The position numbers and the translations under genes were made by a program. From Eledone cirrhosa (lineage: Eukaryota), in contig OZ024742.1 of assembly GCA_964016885.1 (NCBI GenBank), positions 97,588,001 through 97,652,000 on the forward strand: 64,000 nucleotides of DNA. The letters run 5' to 3'. Each line of letters starts with the position of its first letter. The first letter of the stretch is position 1. The notes under the pieces are model-generated. The model searched no databases and had not been told where the DNA came from. It saw nothing but the letters and a program-made list of their open reading frames with translations. Below are positions 41,499 to 56,259 of the stretch, one piece after another.

Positions 41499-41945
41499 GC
41501 ACACACAAACACACACACACACATATATATGTATATGTATGTGTGTGAGTGCATGTAAAACAAGGGAATTGAGAGAAAAAAGATGGATAAAAATGACAGA
41601 CGGGTAGATAGATAGAAAGGTAGATAGATGGCTATGTAAATAAACACAAGGACAAACAGACAGATGTTATGCATATATTTACTCTTATGTTGTTTTCTCC
41701 CAGGCAATATCAGTTAAACCAATACTGCCTTGGAGAAAATTTAATTTATATACAATAAATCGTATATAACAAAATTATGTGTGTGAAAATATGTGTGTGT
41801 TTGTGTGAGTGAGTATGTGAGTGATTGAGTGTGTTTGTGTCCATGTCCATCACTTGCTAGCAGGGATACATACACTAAATATTGATGGTAATATATACAT
41901 ATATATACACACTTACATGTACACTCACACACACAAACGTGCACA

Positions 41946-42039
<94 letters not shown>

Positions 42040-42170
42040 AGAAAAGAGATATTTAATTTGTTGGTTATTCAACAAATTTATTTATAACAGATTCAAAGCA
42101 CTCTACAAGTTTTCTGGAGTATAATATTAACGATATTAATAAATGGAAACTATATTTATAAAACCATATT

Positions 42171-42230
42171 TATTTTATTATATATAATTCAAGGGTACCA
42201 AATTTTGGTATGCACTCATCAGATAAAATA
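42171..42230 (-). ncRNA. Degenerate hammerhead related to the 9127-9193 family
   Basis: Reverse complement reads tattttat-CTGATGA-gtgcatacc...ggtaccctt-GAAt-tatata-TA-ataaaata. Confidence 0.55.
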
Positions 42231-42828
42231 CAAAATTTGTTTTATAAATGGTGACATACCCAAGAAACCAGACATTATCGGTTCAGGTTCAGTTTGGATA
42301 TATAGATATATATATATATAATGTGTATGAAGAAATTCCACATATGGAAGCATGGCCTAGAAGCAAAGGGTTTTAAAGTCAACTTGACAAAGTTCTTAGT
42401 AAGTAGACAAGAAAACAGCCCTGATCCCTTTGGGAAAATAGCCTTTCTCAGTGTGTTGGAAAGGTGTAGGCAGAAATTCCATCCTCTGTCCCAAATGCAG
42501 ACTACGGGTACACCTTTATTGTTTGCAGGCAGTGTTCTATTTATAGTTGCCAGAAGTTATGAGGCTGAGGTCTGTGGACTGACAAGTGTATAATATTGGG
42601 TGGGTGCGTTCTAGTCAAATATTTTGTGCTTTTGCTTATGTTCTTATGTCAAAATTTATGTGTATGCTTTTATGTTAAATGTTACGTTTTAAGTTCTAAA
42701 CTATTGTGGTGAGTCCTAGCTATTATTATTGCTTGTTTGATTGTAAAATTGTCCATGTTCCTATCCCTGGCTTCAATAGTAACTGCTATGTAGTTGTTGT
42801 TTTTGCATTTGTCTAAGAGGGACTAGAT

Positions 42829-43041
42829 ATGCAATTAACCCAATCTAGCTTTTCACTACAAGGACCAGTGTCGAAAAGGTCACCCAAGGACAACAACAGC
42901 CAATGCATACAAACAAACTGCTCCATACGTGACTCAGGTATGTGCCAGAGGACATATGTAATATATCACTTTCATTATAACCAGTGCAGGGATTTTTACA
43001 TTGGTAGTACTGTTAAACCTCTTCACACCCGCATTAAATAA
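42829..43041 (+). pseudogene. PLE GIY-YIG endonuclease fragment
   Basis: C..TNC......MC....VIY.....C..FYIGST.KPLHTRIK. Confidence 0.7.
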
Positions 43042-46000
43042 TATTTCAACACACGCACATATATGATAATAATAATAAAGAGTAGGAACGATGTATCAAT
43101 AATATAGCATCATTATGGTTATTCACAATGAAATATACACATATATATGTATATACTGTGTGTAAATATATGTATATACTGTGTGTAAATAGTTAAATAT
43201 ACATATGTTAACCAGATAATTTTACTATTATTGCTTAGAGGGAAACAAAATTTATAGGAAAAATTTAGATTAATAAACAATATATGCAATATTTGAAAAC
43301 ATCTCATCATTAAAGTAAGGAATAAATTGCCTTACTGAGTTTACTTGAAGTTATTTAGATTCTGAGTTCAAATTTTTCCCCTTCCCATTTAGCAACTAAT
43401 TACATCAACCCTATCAAGGGATGGAAAAATACCTATTTGTAGATCAACATGTCTTTTAAGGCCATATTCCCTATTAAAGTTAGTCTTGCCAAGATAGGGG
43501 TGGGCCATGCACATAAAAAGCCCTATAATCTGGATCCTACCTCACCAATGCTGTAGCGTTCATTACTTCTTTTATAGCCCCCAACTATGTCTTTCTTGGT
43601 CTTCCTTCTGCTTTTTCTTTCCACTTTCATGTCCATTATTCCTCTCACCCAGCCCCATTGATCCTTCTTTATTAAATGCCTCAACCAAATCATTCCATTT
43701 CTCTTGAAAATATCCCTCACTGGCTCTGTTTCCATCATCTCTAATTTATTGTTTGGATTTCTCTCTTTCAGCAATACCCCATACAACTATTAGGTCATAT
43801 GCATTTCTGTTCTTTCCAGCCTTCTCTGATGTTCTATATTCATCACCCATTATTCATTTCCATAAACCATGGTATTTTTCACAGATGCACCATACATCTT
43901 TTCCTTCAATTTCAATGCCACTCTCCATTGATTTAACATGCCACTCAGTTCCCGGAACTTCATCCATGCACACCTCACTCTAGTTACTGTTGCTGAGTCT
44001 CCATTCGATATCGCCTAACAAAACATTTACACACTTTCCATCTTCACACCGTTCCCAAGATCCAGCTCAGATTAGAAATTATGTTTCAATTTGTTTTCTG
44101 TTGCTGATATATCTGTCAGTTACATCTGGCAAAAGCATCATTGCTTTTCCAGTGACATTAGGAGAGATTTGAACTGAGAATTTACAGAGCCAGAACAGAC
44201 ACCACAAAGTATCATGTCCATCTTTTTAATAATTTTGTCAATTAACTGCCTCTGGATTGATATATTATCTATTGACATCAATAAGATGAAAATCAAAAAT
44301 GTCTATGCTGGAATTTGAACACATAGCAGAGATAACCAGAAGAAAAAGCAATGCATTTAATTTGTTATTCCAGTTACTCTGCAAATTTGATTGGCAGAAT
44401 TGTTAAAATGCTGGATTCAAAATGCTTTACAGTATATGTTCTGACTCTCAAAGTTCAAAGCTCGCTGAAGTTAACTTTGCCGTTTTTACATTTGAAGTTG
44501 ATCAAAAATTAATTAGGTTAATTCTTCTTTTATATCTATTTTCCACTTCCTCTCATTCTCTATCTTTCTCTATCTAGAAAATATTGGGTGTGTTAAAACC
44601 TAGAGAGAAGATGGACTCTTTCAGGTTTTAAAAAACCCAAGTATGTCATGATGGCACCCCTATGACTCCATCAGGAGCTGCATATCCATACATACAACTA
44701 TAGCCTTTACAAAAAATGTTTAGCCTTTTGCTTATGTTAGAAACTATAGCTATTAATATTTATGAGAGAGTGAATTGGTTTTGTTGTCTGGAACAAGTCA
44801 GTTGACTTTGAAGAACTGGCAACAGCTTGTCTTTAACACTGCTGGATTATAGGAATGGTATACTGTTTGGTATATCTCTGCCAAACTATATCTCTAATAT
44901 ATCCAATATGTATGACAGAGTGGTGGACATATACACTGAACTCTTGTTCATAAAGATGAAAGTGCTGGTGATGATAATGAATGTAATGACAATGTTGATA
45001 ATGGAATATAAACATAACATTGATGACGATGATGATAATGGTGACGATGGCTATGGTGGCAGAGATAGTAATGACAGAGATGATGTTAATAATGATGATA
45101 ATGGTGTTGATGGTTGTCATATGGAGGAAAAAATGAAAAGAGCTGATGATGATGACAATGGCAATGAGTGCAAGGGGTAGGATGGATAGCAATGATGGTG
45201 GTTGCATGGAAGTGACAGATAACAGAAGTGATGATAATGATGGTGATGTTTATAAAATTCAAGCCAAACATGTGAATGTGTAAATACATGTGTTTGTGTG
45301 TCTATATGTAAATGTAGATGTGTATATGTTTGTAAGAGGTTACTAAGGTATATATTTATGTGAGCACATATGTCTGTAGCTGAATGTAAATATGTTTAAG
45401 TATATGTTATTGTTCCAATGATGATATAATTTCAGTTTGGGCAGTTATTGTTTGAAGTTTTATTATTATTATTGATGTATTTAACACTTAACGTTTCCAT
45501 TTTCATGCACATTCATTCAATCTTTAGAGAAAGTTTTCACATAATCTTTCTTCTATCTTTACTTTATTCTTCTGTATTTTCATTTTTTACACTCAAAAGG
45601 TCTTAATTCTTTCCCCACTATATGACACTTTGAGCAAGTGTCTTCTATCAGAGCCTGGTATGGGCTGAAGGTATACATTCTATCCAATCCTTTTAAATGA
45701 AATTGGACAAATTGTATGCAAGCCTGTGGGATAGATTGTGTGTATAATTCAAAAGGCCTGCTTAGTCAAACAAATACTCTCTGAGAATCATATTAAGGGT
45801 GCATGTGTTCATAGAATACTGAGCTAAGTATATGTTGATTTAAAGTAGGCCATTCTGTTGACTGAACAACTTGAACAGTTATCTAACACTTATCCTTTAT
45901 ATTTATTTTAGCTGCTGCACTGCCTTCATAATGCAATTTCCATTGTGAATGATAGCGTTACAATCATTTTGCTTAAGCATTACGTAAAAGCACAATTGTC

Positions 46001-48313
46001 AGTGAAATACTCAGCTACTTATAACAAAAGGAATAGGTAGTTATGTTGACTGGAAAACTGGTACACACTGTTGTCGAAAACTATGAAATATCCATCATAT
46101 ATCTGAATAACTGTTTAATGTATCATCATCATCAACCTCAATTAATGTCTGTCTTCCCTGCTAGCAAAATGGATCTTCACACAGCAAGTCACTACTTAGC
46201 TGAACTACAGACTTCTCATTTTATTCAGGCAGAAGAACTAAGCAATTTTTTCATGTTCAGCTGAAGAGTTCTTCCAATCTTTTGTTTGGAAGGATTTCTA
46301 CTATGGGATGCCCTTCCTAACACTAACCACGTTACATTTATCATGTAAATCCTGAAAACTAGTGAGGTTGGCATATATTTGACACACCTAAAGAGTATCC
46401 TCTGACCCTTTGACGAGATTTTTATAGCTGGATGCTCTTTCTATCTCCAACCACTTTATATTGTGCACTGGGTGTATTTAGCATGTAAATCCTCAACCAT
46501 CAGAGGTTGCCATGCTGTTAACAATTAAAGAGTCCTCTCAATTCTCTATATATCTGTATAATATCTATGTATATGTGTATATGATTGGATTTTATATAAT
46601 AAGAGTAGTGAGTGAAAGAATCTTAATGATATAAGTTAAAATACTGCCCAATTTGACATTGCATTTCATCTTTGGTTTGTATGTATGCATGAATCTCAGC
46701 AGGTATTGGGCATTTTTTGTAACTGGTGGAGACCATTCTCTCACTAATTTGAAACGCAGCTGATTTATTACAGAGAAGAAAAGAGAGAGTGGTTGAACGT
46801 TTTTTAATGACCTCAAAAGGATGAAACGCAAAATTTGCCTCAGCAAGTTTTGAACTCAGGACACAGTGAACCATACATCTTTGGTTTAAAGAGTATCTAT
46901 ATGGAGATACATGATGGCAGACACACAAACATACACACAAACACAGGCACAAAAACACTCACATACAAACAAACATTTACACAACATAGACAAATACACA
47001 CATATATATATTTGTTAACTTATACCAACATAGAAAAAGAAGTGCAAAAATGATAATGATAATATATAAATGTATATATAGTGAGTAATTATTAGGGAGA
47101 TTCAGTTTGACAAGGCTCGTCCCTGGAATTACAGATGCAGTCCATCTGATGAGCATCTAACTGATTTTGTCTACACAAATTCTCTCATAAGATGCAACAT
47201 ACTGAAAGGTTCATAGGCAGGCACTCTCATGGAATGGCCATATGTGATTTATTTGTCAACATAATCTCTAGAAAGAAACAATGCAGTTATTAATAAAGAG
47301 CGTTGAAATTAATGCATGCAAGATTTCACAGCCCTAGCATCATTCCAATATATGCCTATAAACTTTCAGCTGACCCTCGTACAGGAATCAAACCGAGGAC
47401 CTTTTGATTTTGAAGCAAACTTTTTAATCATTAGACCAACCTCTCAAATAACAAATATTAGAAAACATGATTTTCTACATGTATTTATCTATTATTTTAC
47501 TGTTTTAAGACATTGGCCTGTGGCCATGCTAGATCACTGCCTTCAATGGATTTTGATTATCTTATCAATGTTTGAACCTAGAACTATTTGTCAAGTCTGG
47601 TACTTATTTTATTGAACTCTGTTAGTTGAACTATTAAGTTACAGAATATAAACATGTAGTAAACACACATAGACATGGGCACACACACACATCATGGGTT
47701 TCCACACAGTTTCTGTCTATCAAATGTCATCCACAAGGCATTGTTCAACCTGAGTCTATAGTAGAAAAACTTGTCCAAGATGCTAAGCAGTGGGATTGAA
47801 CCTGAAACCCTTTGTGTAGTGAACACTTCAGTCTCATAGATATACCTGTCCACTTGTGCATAACATTTCTTTTTGTTTTCATTATTTTCCTTGTTTTTCT
47901 CACACTTATGTTGTTGCTAGAGCTGATGACATCATTCTCCATTATTTTTAATATCCTAATCACATTTTAGTGCTGAGAAGTCAATTAGTAAAGAAAGTTA
48001 GCATGTAATGAAGAATTTATTATTTTTCACTTCCCAATTATGATACCTATCAGAATTGCCAGGTTTTAAATGAATTATATTCTTATAGGAATCCATAGCT
48101 ACAATCAGATGTGGTGTAAAATCTCATATAAGGAATTTGAATATATATAATACAAGACAAATAAAAGGGGAAAAATAGAAGACAAGTTAAATGTTTGTGC
48201 ATATTTTTATATTTGTATTTTAAAATATGTAATAGGGATGTTTTTGAAAGCATATGCAATAATATATTTATGAATAATGAATATATGAGAGTCTTGCTAT
48301 GAATATTTTATTA

Positions 48314-48378
48314 TGTCACAGGTATTTCAGCAACTGGTAAGAGAGATATTTTTGGGTCTTTATCCTTCATCAGTGACA
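48314..48378 (-). ncRNA. Degenerate hammerhead-like motif
   Basis: Reverse complement reads tgtca-CTGATGA-...-GAAA-tacctg-tgaca; stem II is weak. Confidence 0.35.
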
Positions 48379-49334
48379 CTCAGTACTCAGAAAAGCATAG
48401 ATTAAAGTCCATATGGAATTTGCATATGAAACATTGGCTGGAGATGTTCATTCAGATATAACATGAACTCGTCTGTCTATGACTAATTAGTAATAGCACA
48501 GACACATGAACCATGCTATGTTAGTTTTACAGCTAATTAATCCTAGACAATAGTGATCCTGACAATCTTAGGGGCATTACAAGATTAATGGGTGGATGGA
48601 AAGAAGGGAATGAGTGGGTTTAGCTAAATCACCCAAGGAGCAGATACTTGTGTTTATGCTTTTGTGACCATATCTTTAATAGACTACACACTATTTCAAT
48701 TAATTAATTATGAATTTTGAGGGATATTTCAAAATTGTTATTTCATTACAAAGAGTTGTATATAGTTTGTATATTATGTTGGACGATTTTCATTTAAATA
48801 GAAACCTTTTAAAATGAGAGGATTTGTTTCATAGAATTAGAGTCAGTTTTAGCTAAGTTGGTATCAAAATGGTTAAAATAAGCAATGGATGAAGTCTTCC
48901 CAAATACTGAGGATTTATATCATTTATATGATTTATATAACATAGTGAGATAAAATATATAATAGAGTAAACTATTATGAGGTGTTAAGGCATAGTATTA
49001 TATCATACTAGTGTGAAGATAAATGGGTTGGAAAGAAATGATAGAGAATGCTGCTGTATAAGCAGATTTACGTCATGTCTCTTTCATGTTTTTTCAGTTA
49101 GACTTTCATCTTAGCGCATTAACGGTTGGACTAATTATTCATATACATATTAGATTGGCTAATATATTATATTATGTTATAATTGATTAGAGAATTAAAA
49201 ACAACAAAGAAAGCAACTGCAACAACAATAACCAGTAATTGAAGAAAGATTCTATTTACACAACTGCAAAATAAATGATAAATTCTGAAATTTGTAGCAA
49301 GCATTATGTTTAAGGCAATTTTCACACAAAGTAA

Positions 49335-49530
49335 TTAAATCAGTATAATGAGGTAAACAGCTTTAGCTTCTCATAATTATCAAAAATAAACTTACTAAAT
49401 AAATCTCATTCATCCTTCTTTGCTTCCAATATTATTATTTATTTTATGTGGGGGATTGAAGTGTTTTTTTGCTCTTGTATTATTCTTTGAATATGCATGC
49501 ATACACCCCCACATATATGTGTGCATAAAT

Positions 49531-49599
<69 letters not shown>

Positions 49600-49701
49600 G
49601 TAAAGTAGGCATGCATTTTCATAGAATACTTAAGTTTCATGCTGCTAGTCTTTCAGTATATATATATATATTTTATTTATGAAAATGCATGCCTACTTTA
49701 C

Positions 49702-49786
<85 letters not shown>

Positions 49787-49990
49787 ATGTATATTTATGC
49801 ACACATATATGTGGGGGTAATGCGTGCATATTCAAAGAATAATACAAGAGCAAAAAAACACCTCAACCCTCCACAAAAAATAAATAATAATACTGGAAGC
49901 AAAGAAGGATGAATGAGATTTATTTAGTAAGTTTATTTTTGAGATAATTATGAGACGCTAAAGCTGTTTACCTCATTACACTGATTTATA
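49335..49990. repeat. Inverted repeat of about 290 bp with TA tracts in both arms and a hammerhead-like motif in the spacer
   Basis: 49335-49622 vs 49678-49990; spacer reverse complement reads CTGAAAGA-ctagcagcat-GAAA-CTTAAG-TA. Confidence 0.75.
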
Positions 49991-50122
49991 TATATATATA
50001 TAGACACACACACACATGGCCTGTCTGCCCAGCCAGTGGGGTGGCGTCATCGTATGGCTAAAATAGCACATGCTGTGACCAGCGGCGCTGAATGGTGCCC
50101 GACAGACTGGTTGGTAAAGGTG

Positions 50123-50179
<57 letters not shown>

Positions 50180-50237
50180 CACACACACATACACATGTAT
50201 ACATGCACCTCCCCCATATATATATATATATATATAT

Positions 50238-50510
50238 GGAGGCACGTGGCCTAGTGATAAGGGTGTTGGACTTACAATCATAAAGTTGTGGGTTCGATTC
50301 CTGGGTTGCGTGTTGTGTTCTTCAGCGAAAACACTTCATTTCACATTGCTCCAGGACACTCAGCTGAAAATGAGTACCAGCAATAGCTGGGGGTTTAACC
50401 CTGCAATGGATTGGTGTCCTGTCCAGTAGGGAGTCTTGTACTCTTAGTTGCTTCACGCCATGAAACCAGGATAAGCCCCGGTCAAATGAGCCTTCTGCCT
50501 TAAGATGAAA
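50238..50510 (+). mobile_element. tRNA-derived SINE
   Basis: tggcctagtgataagg...gggttcgattcct (box A/B); body related to the 54034 SINE. Confidence 0.75.
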
Positions 50511-50899
50511 GATATATATATATGAATGTCTAAATATATATAACATCATCTTCAATATCACGTTCGTTTTTCGTGCTAGCATGGGTTAGACAAGTTGTCC
50601 CATTGTAAGACATGTCAGATCAGCTGACTATGCCTTGTGCATACAGAACCACATATCCCGCCGAGGTTAACTTTGCCTTTCATTCTGACGGGGTCGATAA
50701 AATAAAGTACCAGTAATGCACTGGTTAATTGCTGGCCTTGTGCCAAAAGTAGAAACAATTATGAGAAAAGTTAGGTCCAGAGACCATATGTGGCTCATAC
50801 TGGACTGGTTTTGGCTTTGTTTCTATAGCTGGATGCGCTTCCTAATACCAACTCAATTTATAGAGTGTTCCCTCTGATAGTACTTGATCCTTTTCAAAA

Positions 50900-51660
50900 T
50901 GCTCAGTTCTCAATTATATTTGATACCTAAAGCTTATATTTGTTAATATCTTCTACTAATGAACTTGTATTTGCTAATTTACTGTATTTAAATGAAAGTA
51001 AAATCTTTTTGTTTTAAGAATTAGTTTTTGCACATATCTAAGTGTGGGTATTGTTTATAGTAATAAGCTTATGTTGATATAATACAATGTTAATTAGATA
51101 GTTTTCTGCAATTGCAATTTTGGTTAAGTGAAGCATCATAAGAACTTCAGATATGGTCTGTTTTATTGTTACTGCTTAAAAGTGCGTCCAGTTTTTCTAT
51201 GATACTCTGGGTTGTAATAGGCTATATTATTATCTCCATTAATGCGGGTAATGCGTATAACCCCAGAGAATCTAGATGAATCAGTAAACTCTACCATATC
51301 CCTCCTAAATTTTTGGAACTGGTATTAACATTGCTACTGTGATTATTGAGTTCTGTGTAGTATTGGGGCTTGAGCTAGGTCCCGTGTTTAGTACTGTGGT
51401 ATCCTTAGGTGGTCTATCAATTCTGAGTTTTGAAATATTTGACGCATTAATCCTCTGCGGTAGATTAGGTGAGGTAGAGTAATGGGTAGGTGGGAAGTGT
51501 TTTCTGATGATAGAAAAGAATTTGGTGGGTAAATGGGCTTTGGGTTGAACATTAAAAGTTGGATTACACCACGTGGTTCAGATTTTACGATTTTCATTTT
51601 CTGCGAAGAACATATTGTTTGTTGTGTGAATAATGTTGTTATTTGTATCATTAAAAGTTG
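50900..51660 (-). pseudogene. Degenerate PLE linker region, probably continuing at about 53030-53400 beyond an RTE insertion
   Basis: Minus-strand fragments TTWCNPTFNV and KFFSIIRKHFPPTH resemble the PLE motif WFNPP...F..LI.KHFP..H. Confidence 0.5.
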
Positions 51661-51662
51661 TA

Positions 51663-53023
51663 TCATCATCACCGTTTTATGTCCATTCTACCATGGGTTA
51701 GACAGGTTGTCCTGTTGTCTTGCTCATATGGGAACTGATTTTGGCTGGATTTCTACAGCTGGATGTCCTTCCTAACACCAACCTCATTTACAGTGAGTGT
51801 TGGTAGCTTTTTATTCCGTGGCGCCTACACGACCACTTTACAGTGTGGGCTGGGTACTTTTTTGTCACGACACCTCCACGACCATTTTACAGTGGGAGGG
51901 GTTGGGGGCATATTGTCTATATGGTTCAGCTTCGGCTTGTACCCGTGCAAAGTCAGGTCTTCTGTATTACTGCGTGACGCCAGAGGTCATGGTTGTGTGT
52001 CATCGCATTTGAGAAGTGCGATTGGGTAAGGTTGGCTTTTATCACCTCACCCCAAGTATTCTTGGGTCTCCCCACTCCGCGGCTTTCAGCTACTTCTAGT
52101 GCTCTGCCCCTCTTTATGCAGCTGTCATCCTTCATACACATCACATGTCCATACCAATGCAAATTCCTCTCCTGCACATAGTATTTGGTTCCTCTTATGC
52201 TCAGTCTCTCTCTCAATTTGTTTATGTTTTGCCGTTCGCGTATATTACTATTACACATCCATTGGAGCATGCAGGCTTCGTTTCTTTCTAATCTACGCAA
52301 GTCTTCTACACACAGCACCCAGGTCTCACTACCATGTAATATTGATATGCGTATGCATGCATCATACAGTCTGCCTGTCATTTTGAGGGAAAAGACTTTT
52401 GTAACTAGCAGTGGCAGTAGCTCCATGAACTTCTTCCATCCCGTTCTTACCCTAGTTATTGTACTTTCAGAACACCCACCTCTGCTGCTAATTCGGTCAC
52501 GTAGGTAGCAGAAGCTGGCTACTGTTTCTACAGAGCCCTCCCAGAGTTTGGTGGTGCTTGATTGCTGTGGTTGTTTGCTACTTGTTGTTCCAGTGCAGCT
52601 GCTACACGTAAAGCCTACATTCTTAGTTGAGCTTCCTGAGATCCCACTATTTCTCTTGTGTACACTGACCTGAATGCTAAATTCCTCACTATATTCATTG
52701 TTAACCCTAACTTTGCTGACTGCTCCCCTATACATGGCTTGTACAGCTTTCACAAGCCATTCATCTACTCCTAGTTTTCTAAGAGCCCACCAGATTATAG
52801 CACGGGCACTCTGACAAAGGCTTTTTCCAGATCGACAAATGCCAGGTAGAACGGCTTACTTTTAGCTAGGTATTTTTCCTGTAACTGCCTCACAAGCAAG
52901 AGAGCATTAGTAGTGCTTTTCCTGGCACAAACCCAAACTGCATCTCATCTAGTTTTACCTGGTCCCTAATCAACTGTGCTATAACTCTTTCCATTACTTT
53001 TGTGACCTGGTCCATCCGCTTTA
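51663..53023 (-). mobile_element. RTE LINE 3' portion with an internal deletion
   Basis: ORF 51953-52753 is homologous to 29918-31313 but lacks the YADD region. Confidence 0.88.
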
Positions 53024-54003
53024 TTTGCAAGTATGTGTGGCCTATTGGTATTGCAATACTTTTTGTGAACTCTATTTAATTGTATTGTTTACTATTTTTT
53101 TACCATTGTTGTTCGTGGGTTTATTTGCTCAATGATTTATAGAGTTAACAGATGTATGAGAAGGCGTTTCAGTTGTGTTATTTATTAACCTAGAATGATT
53201 ACTTGTATTTTTGTGAGATTGCATATGTTGTATTAGTAAACTTATGGGTTTTACTTACACTAGTTATCATCTTATCCAAGTTATGATCAGTCCAAGGGTC
53301 AAGGCCATCATTCTTATTTCGATTTTTTCTTAGAATGTTTTTTATTGTTAGTAACGTCATTAAAGGGAGTGTCCTTATTTATTATAGAATTGTTAAGGGA
53401 AATGTGATTGATATATATATTTGATCTTTTCTCTTTATCTACTCCTATTCAGAACATTGTTCACCAATAATCTAGAAGCCACCATAGAAATTTCAATTAT
53501 TTAAAGAAGAATTTTGAGAGATTTACTAAAATTTTTAATTATTTCATTACTAAGTTAGTCCTTTATGTAAGGTCCTAATATAAAATTATGTTGGATGATT
53601 TTAAATTGAAAATCATTAAAATGAATCATTAAATTGAACCAGAGCTGGTTTTTGCCAGGCTGCTAACAAAAGGGTAGAGTACTGATGGACATAGTGGAGG
53701 TTTTCATTCAGCTGATGGTATGGGTTATAAATATTCTAGTTCATTGTTCCCGAGGAAGACGGTGAGATGGATCAAATAATATTGAGTTACATATCTACTA
53801 TCGATTAGTCAATATGTCGATTTATCAGCCTTCTGAAATGATTAACTAATTAATCACTAATGTTTGTGGTGCGAAGGCTTTTGTGATATGAACAAAAACT
53901 ACTAACAAGTCCTTCTCCTGTAACTGCCGCAAACTTAAGATCATATCTACAGTCCCAGGGCTTGATATAAAGCCGCATTGACTCTATACATGCACACATG
54001 CTG

Positions 54004-54033
<30 letters not shown>

Positions 54034-54035
<2 letters not shown>

Positions 54036-54367
54036 GGAGGCACATGGCTTAGTGGTTAGAGCATCGGCCTTGCAATCGAAAGGCTGTGAGTTCAATTCTC
54101 AGACCGGGTGGTGTGTTGTTTCCTTGAGCAAGACACTTTATTTCACATTGCTCCAGTTTACTCAGCTGTAGAAATGAGATGATAGGGACTGGGGTTCATT
54201 CCACTGCAAAGTGGTCATGTAGGTGCCACGGCAAAAAAGCACCCAGCACTCACTGTAAATGAGGTTGGTGTTAGGAAGGGCATCCAGCTGTAGAAATCAA
54301 GCCAGAATCAATTCCCGTCCCACCCTTGCAAGCAGGGAAAAGCGGACGTAAAATGAAATGATGATGA
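54034..54367 (+). mobile_element. tRNA-derived SINE with RTE-shared 3' end
   Basis: tggcttagtggttagagc...gagttcaattc head; the 3' part aggaagggcatccagctgtagaaatc...ggacgtaaaatg is shared with RTE 3' UTRs. Confidence 0.85.
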
Positions 54368-54369
54368 TA

Positions 54370-55325
54370 TCTCAAGGTTTGGCTCTTAGCCCACTGCTGG
54401 TCATCATAGTTTTCCAGGCCATAACAGAGGAGTTTATATCTGGCTGTCCATGGGAACTGCTCTATGCAGATGGTTTGGTTCTTATAGTGGAATCTATAAA
54501 TGAACTAGAAAAATAAATTCTCACTATTGAAACAGAATTTGGAATCAAAAGGTCTGAGAGTAAATTTAGCCAAAATTAAAGTGCTCGTGAGTATGAAAGA
54601 AGATATGATGCACGATTCCTTCTAGGTAGTGGCCCTGCTCAATACATACAAAAGGAATAGGCATAAACTCCATACAATGTACACAATGTAAATCGTGGGT
54701 ACACAAGAGTTGTAGTGGAATAATGTGTAGACTAACAGGAAGAGAAGACTTTGTATGTAAAATATGCACAGGGGTGATCAAGGGTAAGAGCAGTAGTGAT
54801 ATAAACCTTTTCCAGGCACAGGAAGGTTCTATAGAAATGTTTGATAGCTTCTCCAATCTAAATGACTTAAGTAGTAGTAGAGGAGGGTGCTCTGAGTGCA
54901 TAACAGTTAAAATAAAGATGGGATGGAAAAAGTTTAGAGAGCTTCTCATATTGTTGACTAAAAAGGTGTTCTCTCTACATAATAAAAGGACTACTATATG
55001 ACACCTGTGTGTGAAATGCAATGCTGCAAGTTAGTGGAACATGTGATGTGACTACAGAGGGCATGTGTAGACTGGAGCAAAATGAAGAAACCATGCTTGG
55101 ATGTGCAATGAAAGGCAGAGCTTGGGCGAGCTGATGTAGAAGCTGGGTTTAAGAAGAATATGACGTGGTATGTAGGAGAGAAGACTGCATTGGTACAGAC
55201 ATATGATGCACTTGGATGTTGACACAAAGGAGATGACGAAGGCACGCGGTGAGCAAAGATATGCTGTGCTGAGAAGGACATATGCAAGCATGGATAAGAG
55301 GAAGTAAAAACGAAAATGAAGATGT
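54370..55325 (+). mobile_element. Old degenerate RTE RT 3' portion
   Basis: QG..LSPLL, CPWELLYADG, SSRGGCSE, GWKKFREL. Confidence 0.8.
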
Positions 55326-55342
55326 ATATTTATATATATATA

Positions 55343-55555
55343 CAGTGATAGAACACTGGAAGGTAATATCCGTAGTGGTAGAGCACTCAGTCCGTGGGAC
55401 GACTTAGGTAGAAGTGGTTACACAACAGTTAGTTCACCATACTGAGAACAATTGTTTCACCTTAGTGGATCCTCAGCTCGTAAGATTACGAGCTGAGGAA
55501 TCGCTAAGGTGAAACAATTGTTCTCGGTATGGTGAACTAACTGTTGTGTAACCAC

Positions 55556-55560
<5 letters not shown>
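55343..55560. mobile_element. Palindromic hammerhead element, family E (tail 55343-55408, inverted repeat 55409-55560, centre about 55484)
   Basis: 75-bp arms, TA-flanked. Confidence 0.8.
55487..55529 (+). ncRNA. Minimal type I hammerhead (mirror copy 55440-55482 on minus strand)
   Basis: tacgag-CTGAGGA-atc(gctaa)ggt-GAAA-CAATTG-TT-ctcggta. Confidence 0.75.
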
Positions 55561-55594
<34 letters not shown>

Positions 55595-55666
55595 CATATA
55601 TACACACATGCATATATATGTCTGTGTGGATATGTATACACACACACACACCCACACATATAACAC

Positions 55667-55945
55667 AAAAACAAGATGGTGTAGGACAGAACAAAGGGAG
55701 ACACAAAATAACATTCACCTAAGAGGTCACAGAATTTGTGAGAAAAAAGCTTTGACATTAAATAAACAACCATCTATTTATTAAACCAACCATCTGATTA
55801 TTAAACCAACCAACCAGAAATGTGTAATAAATTGAAGTGAAAACTAACAGGTGCATGTATATTTTATTGGCCGCATGATCCTCCCAAAATACAAAATATA
55901 TATTTCAACACGTTTTCAGATAACAAATACGAAAAATATAAAAAC
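55667..55945 (+). mobile_element. Single non-palindromic diverged copy of family A
   Basis: Matches 480-759 plus the tail seen at 24031-24058; decayed hammerhead cctaaga-ggtcac..gtga-gaaa. Confidence 0.7.
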
Positions 55946-55948
55946 GAA

Positions 55949-55985
<37 letters not shown>

Positions 55986-56023
55986 CATGGAAGAACGGAC
56001 GTAAAACTAAAATGGTGATGATG

Positions 56024-56054
<31 letters not shown>

Positions 56055-56155
56055 TAGGTGTATGTAAAAGGTAAACAGAAATAACACAATCGGTACAGTA
56101 TATGGAAGGAATATATTAGGTTAATGCTTGAAATAGCAGGAAGAGAGAGGGTCTT

Positions 56156-56206
<51 letters not shown>

Positions 56207-56259
56207 ACATATATATACATATACAAACATATATATATACACACACACACACATATATA

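Noticed and set aside
44827-45289. Asp/Asn-rich ORFs
   Set aside because: Degenerate (GAT)n low-complexity sequence.
47146-47205. ctgatga-gcatct...agatgc hairpin
   Set aside because: No GAAA follows stem II and there is no closing stem I.
54034-54105. tRNA gene
   Set aside because: It is the tRNA-derived head of a SINE, continuous with the SINE body and present in multiple copies.
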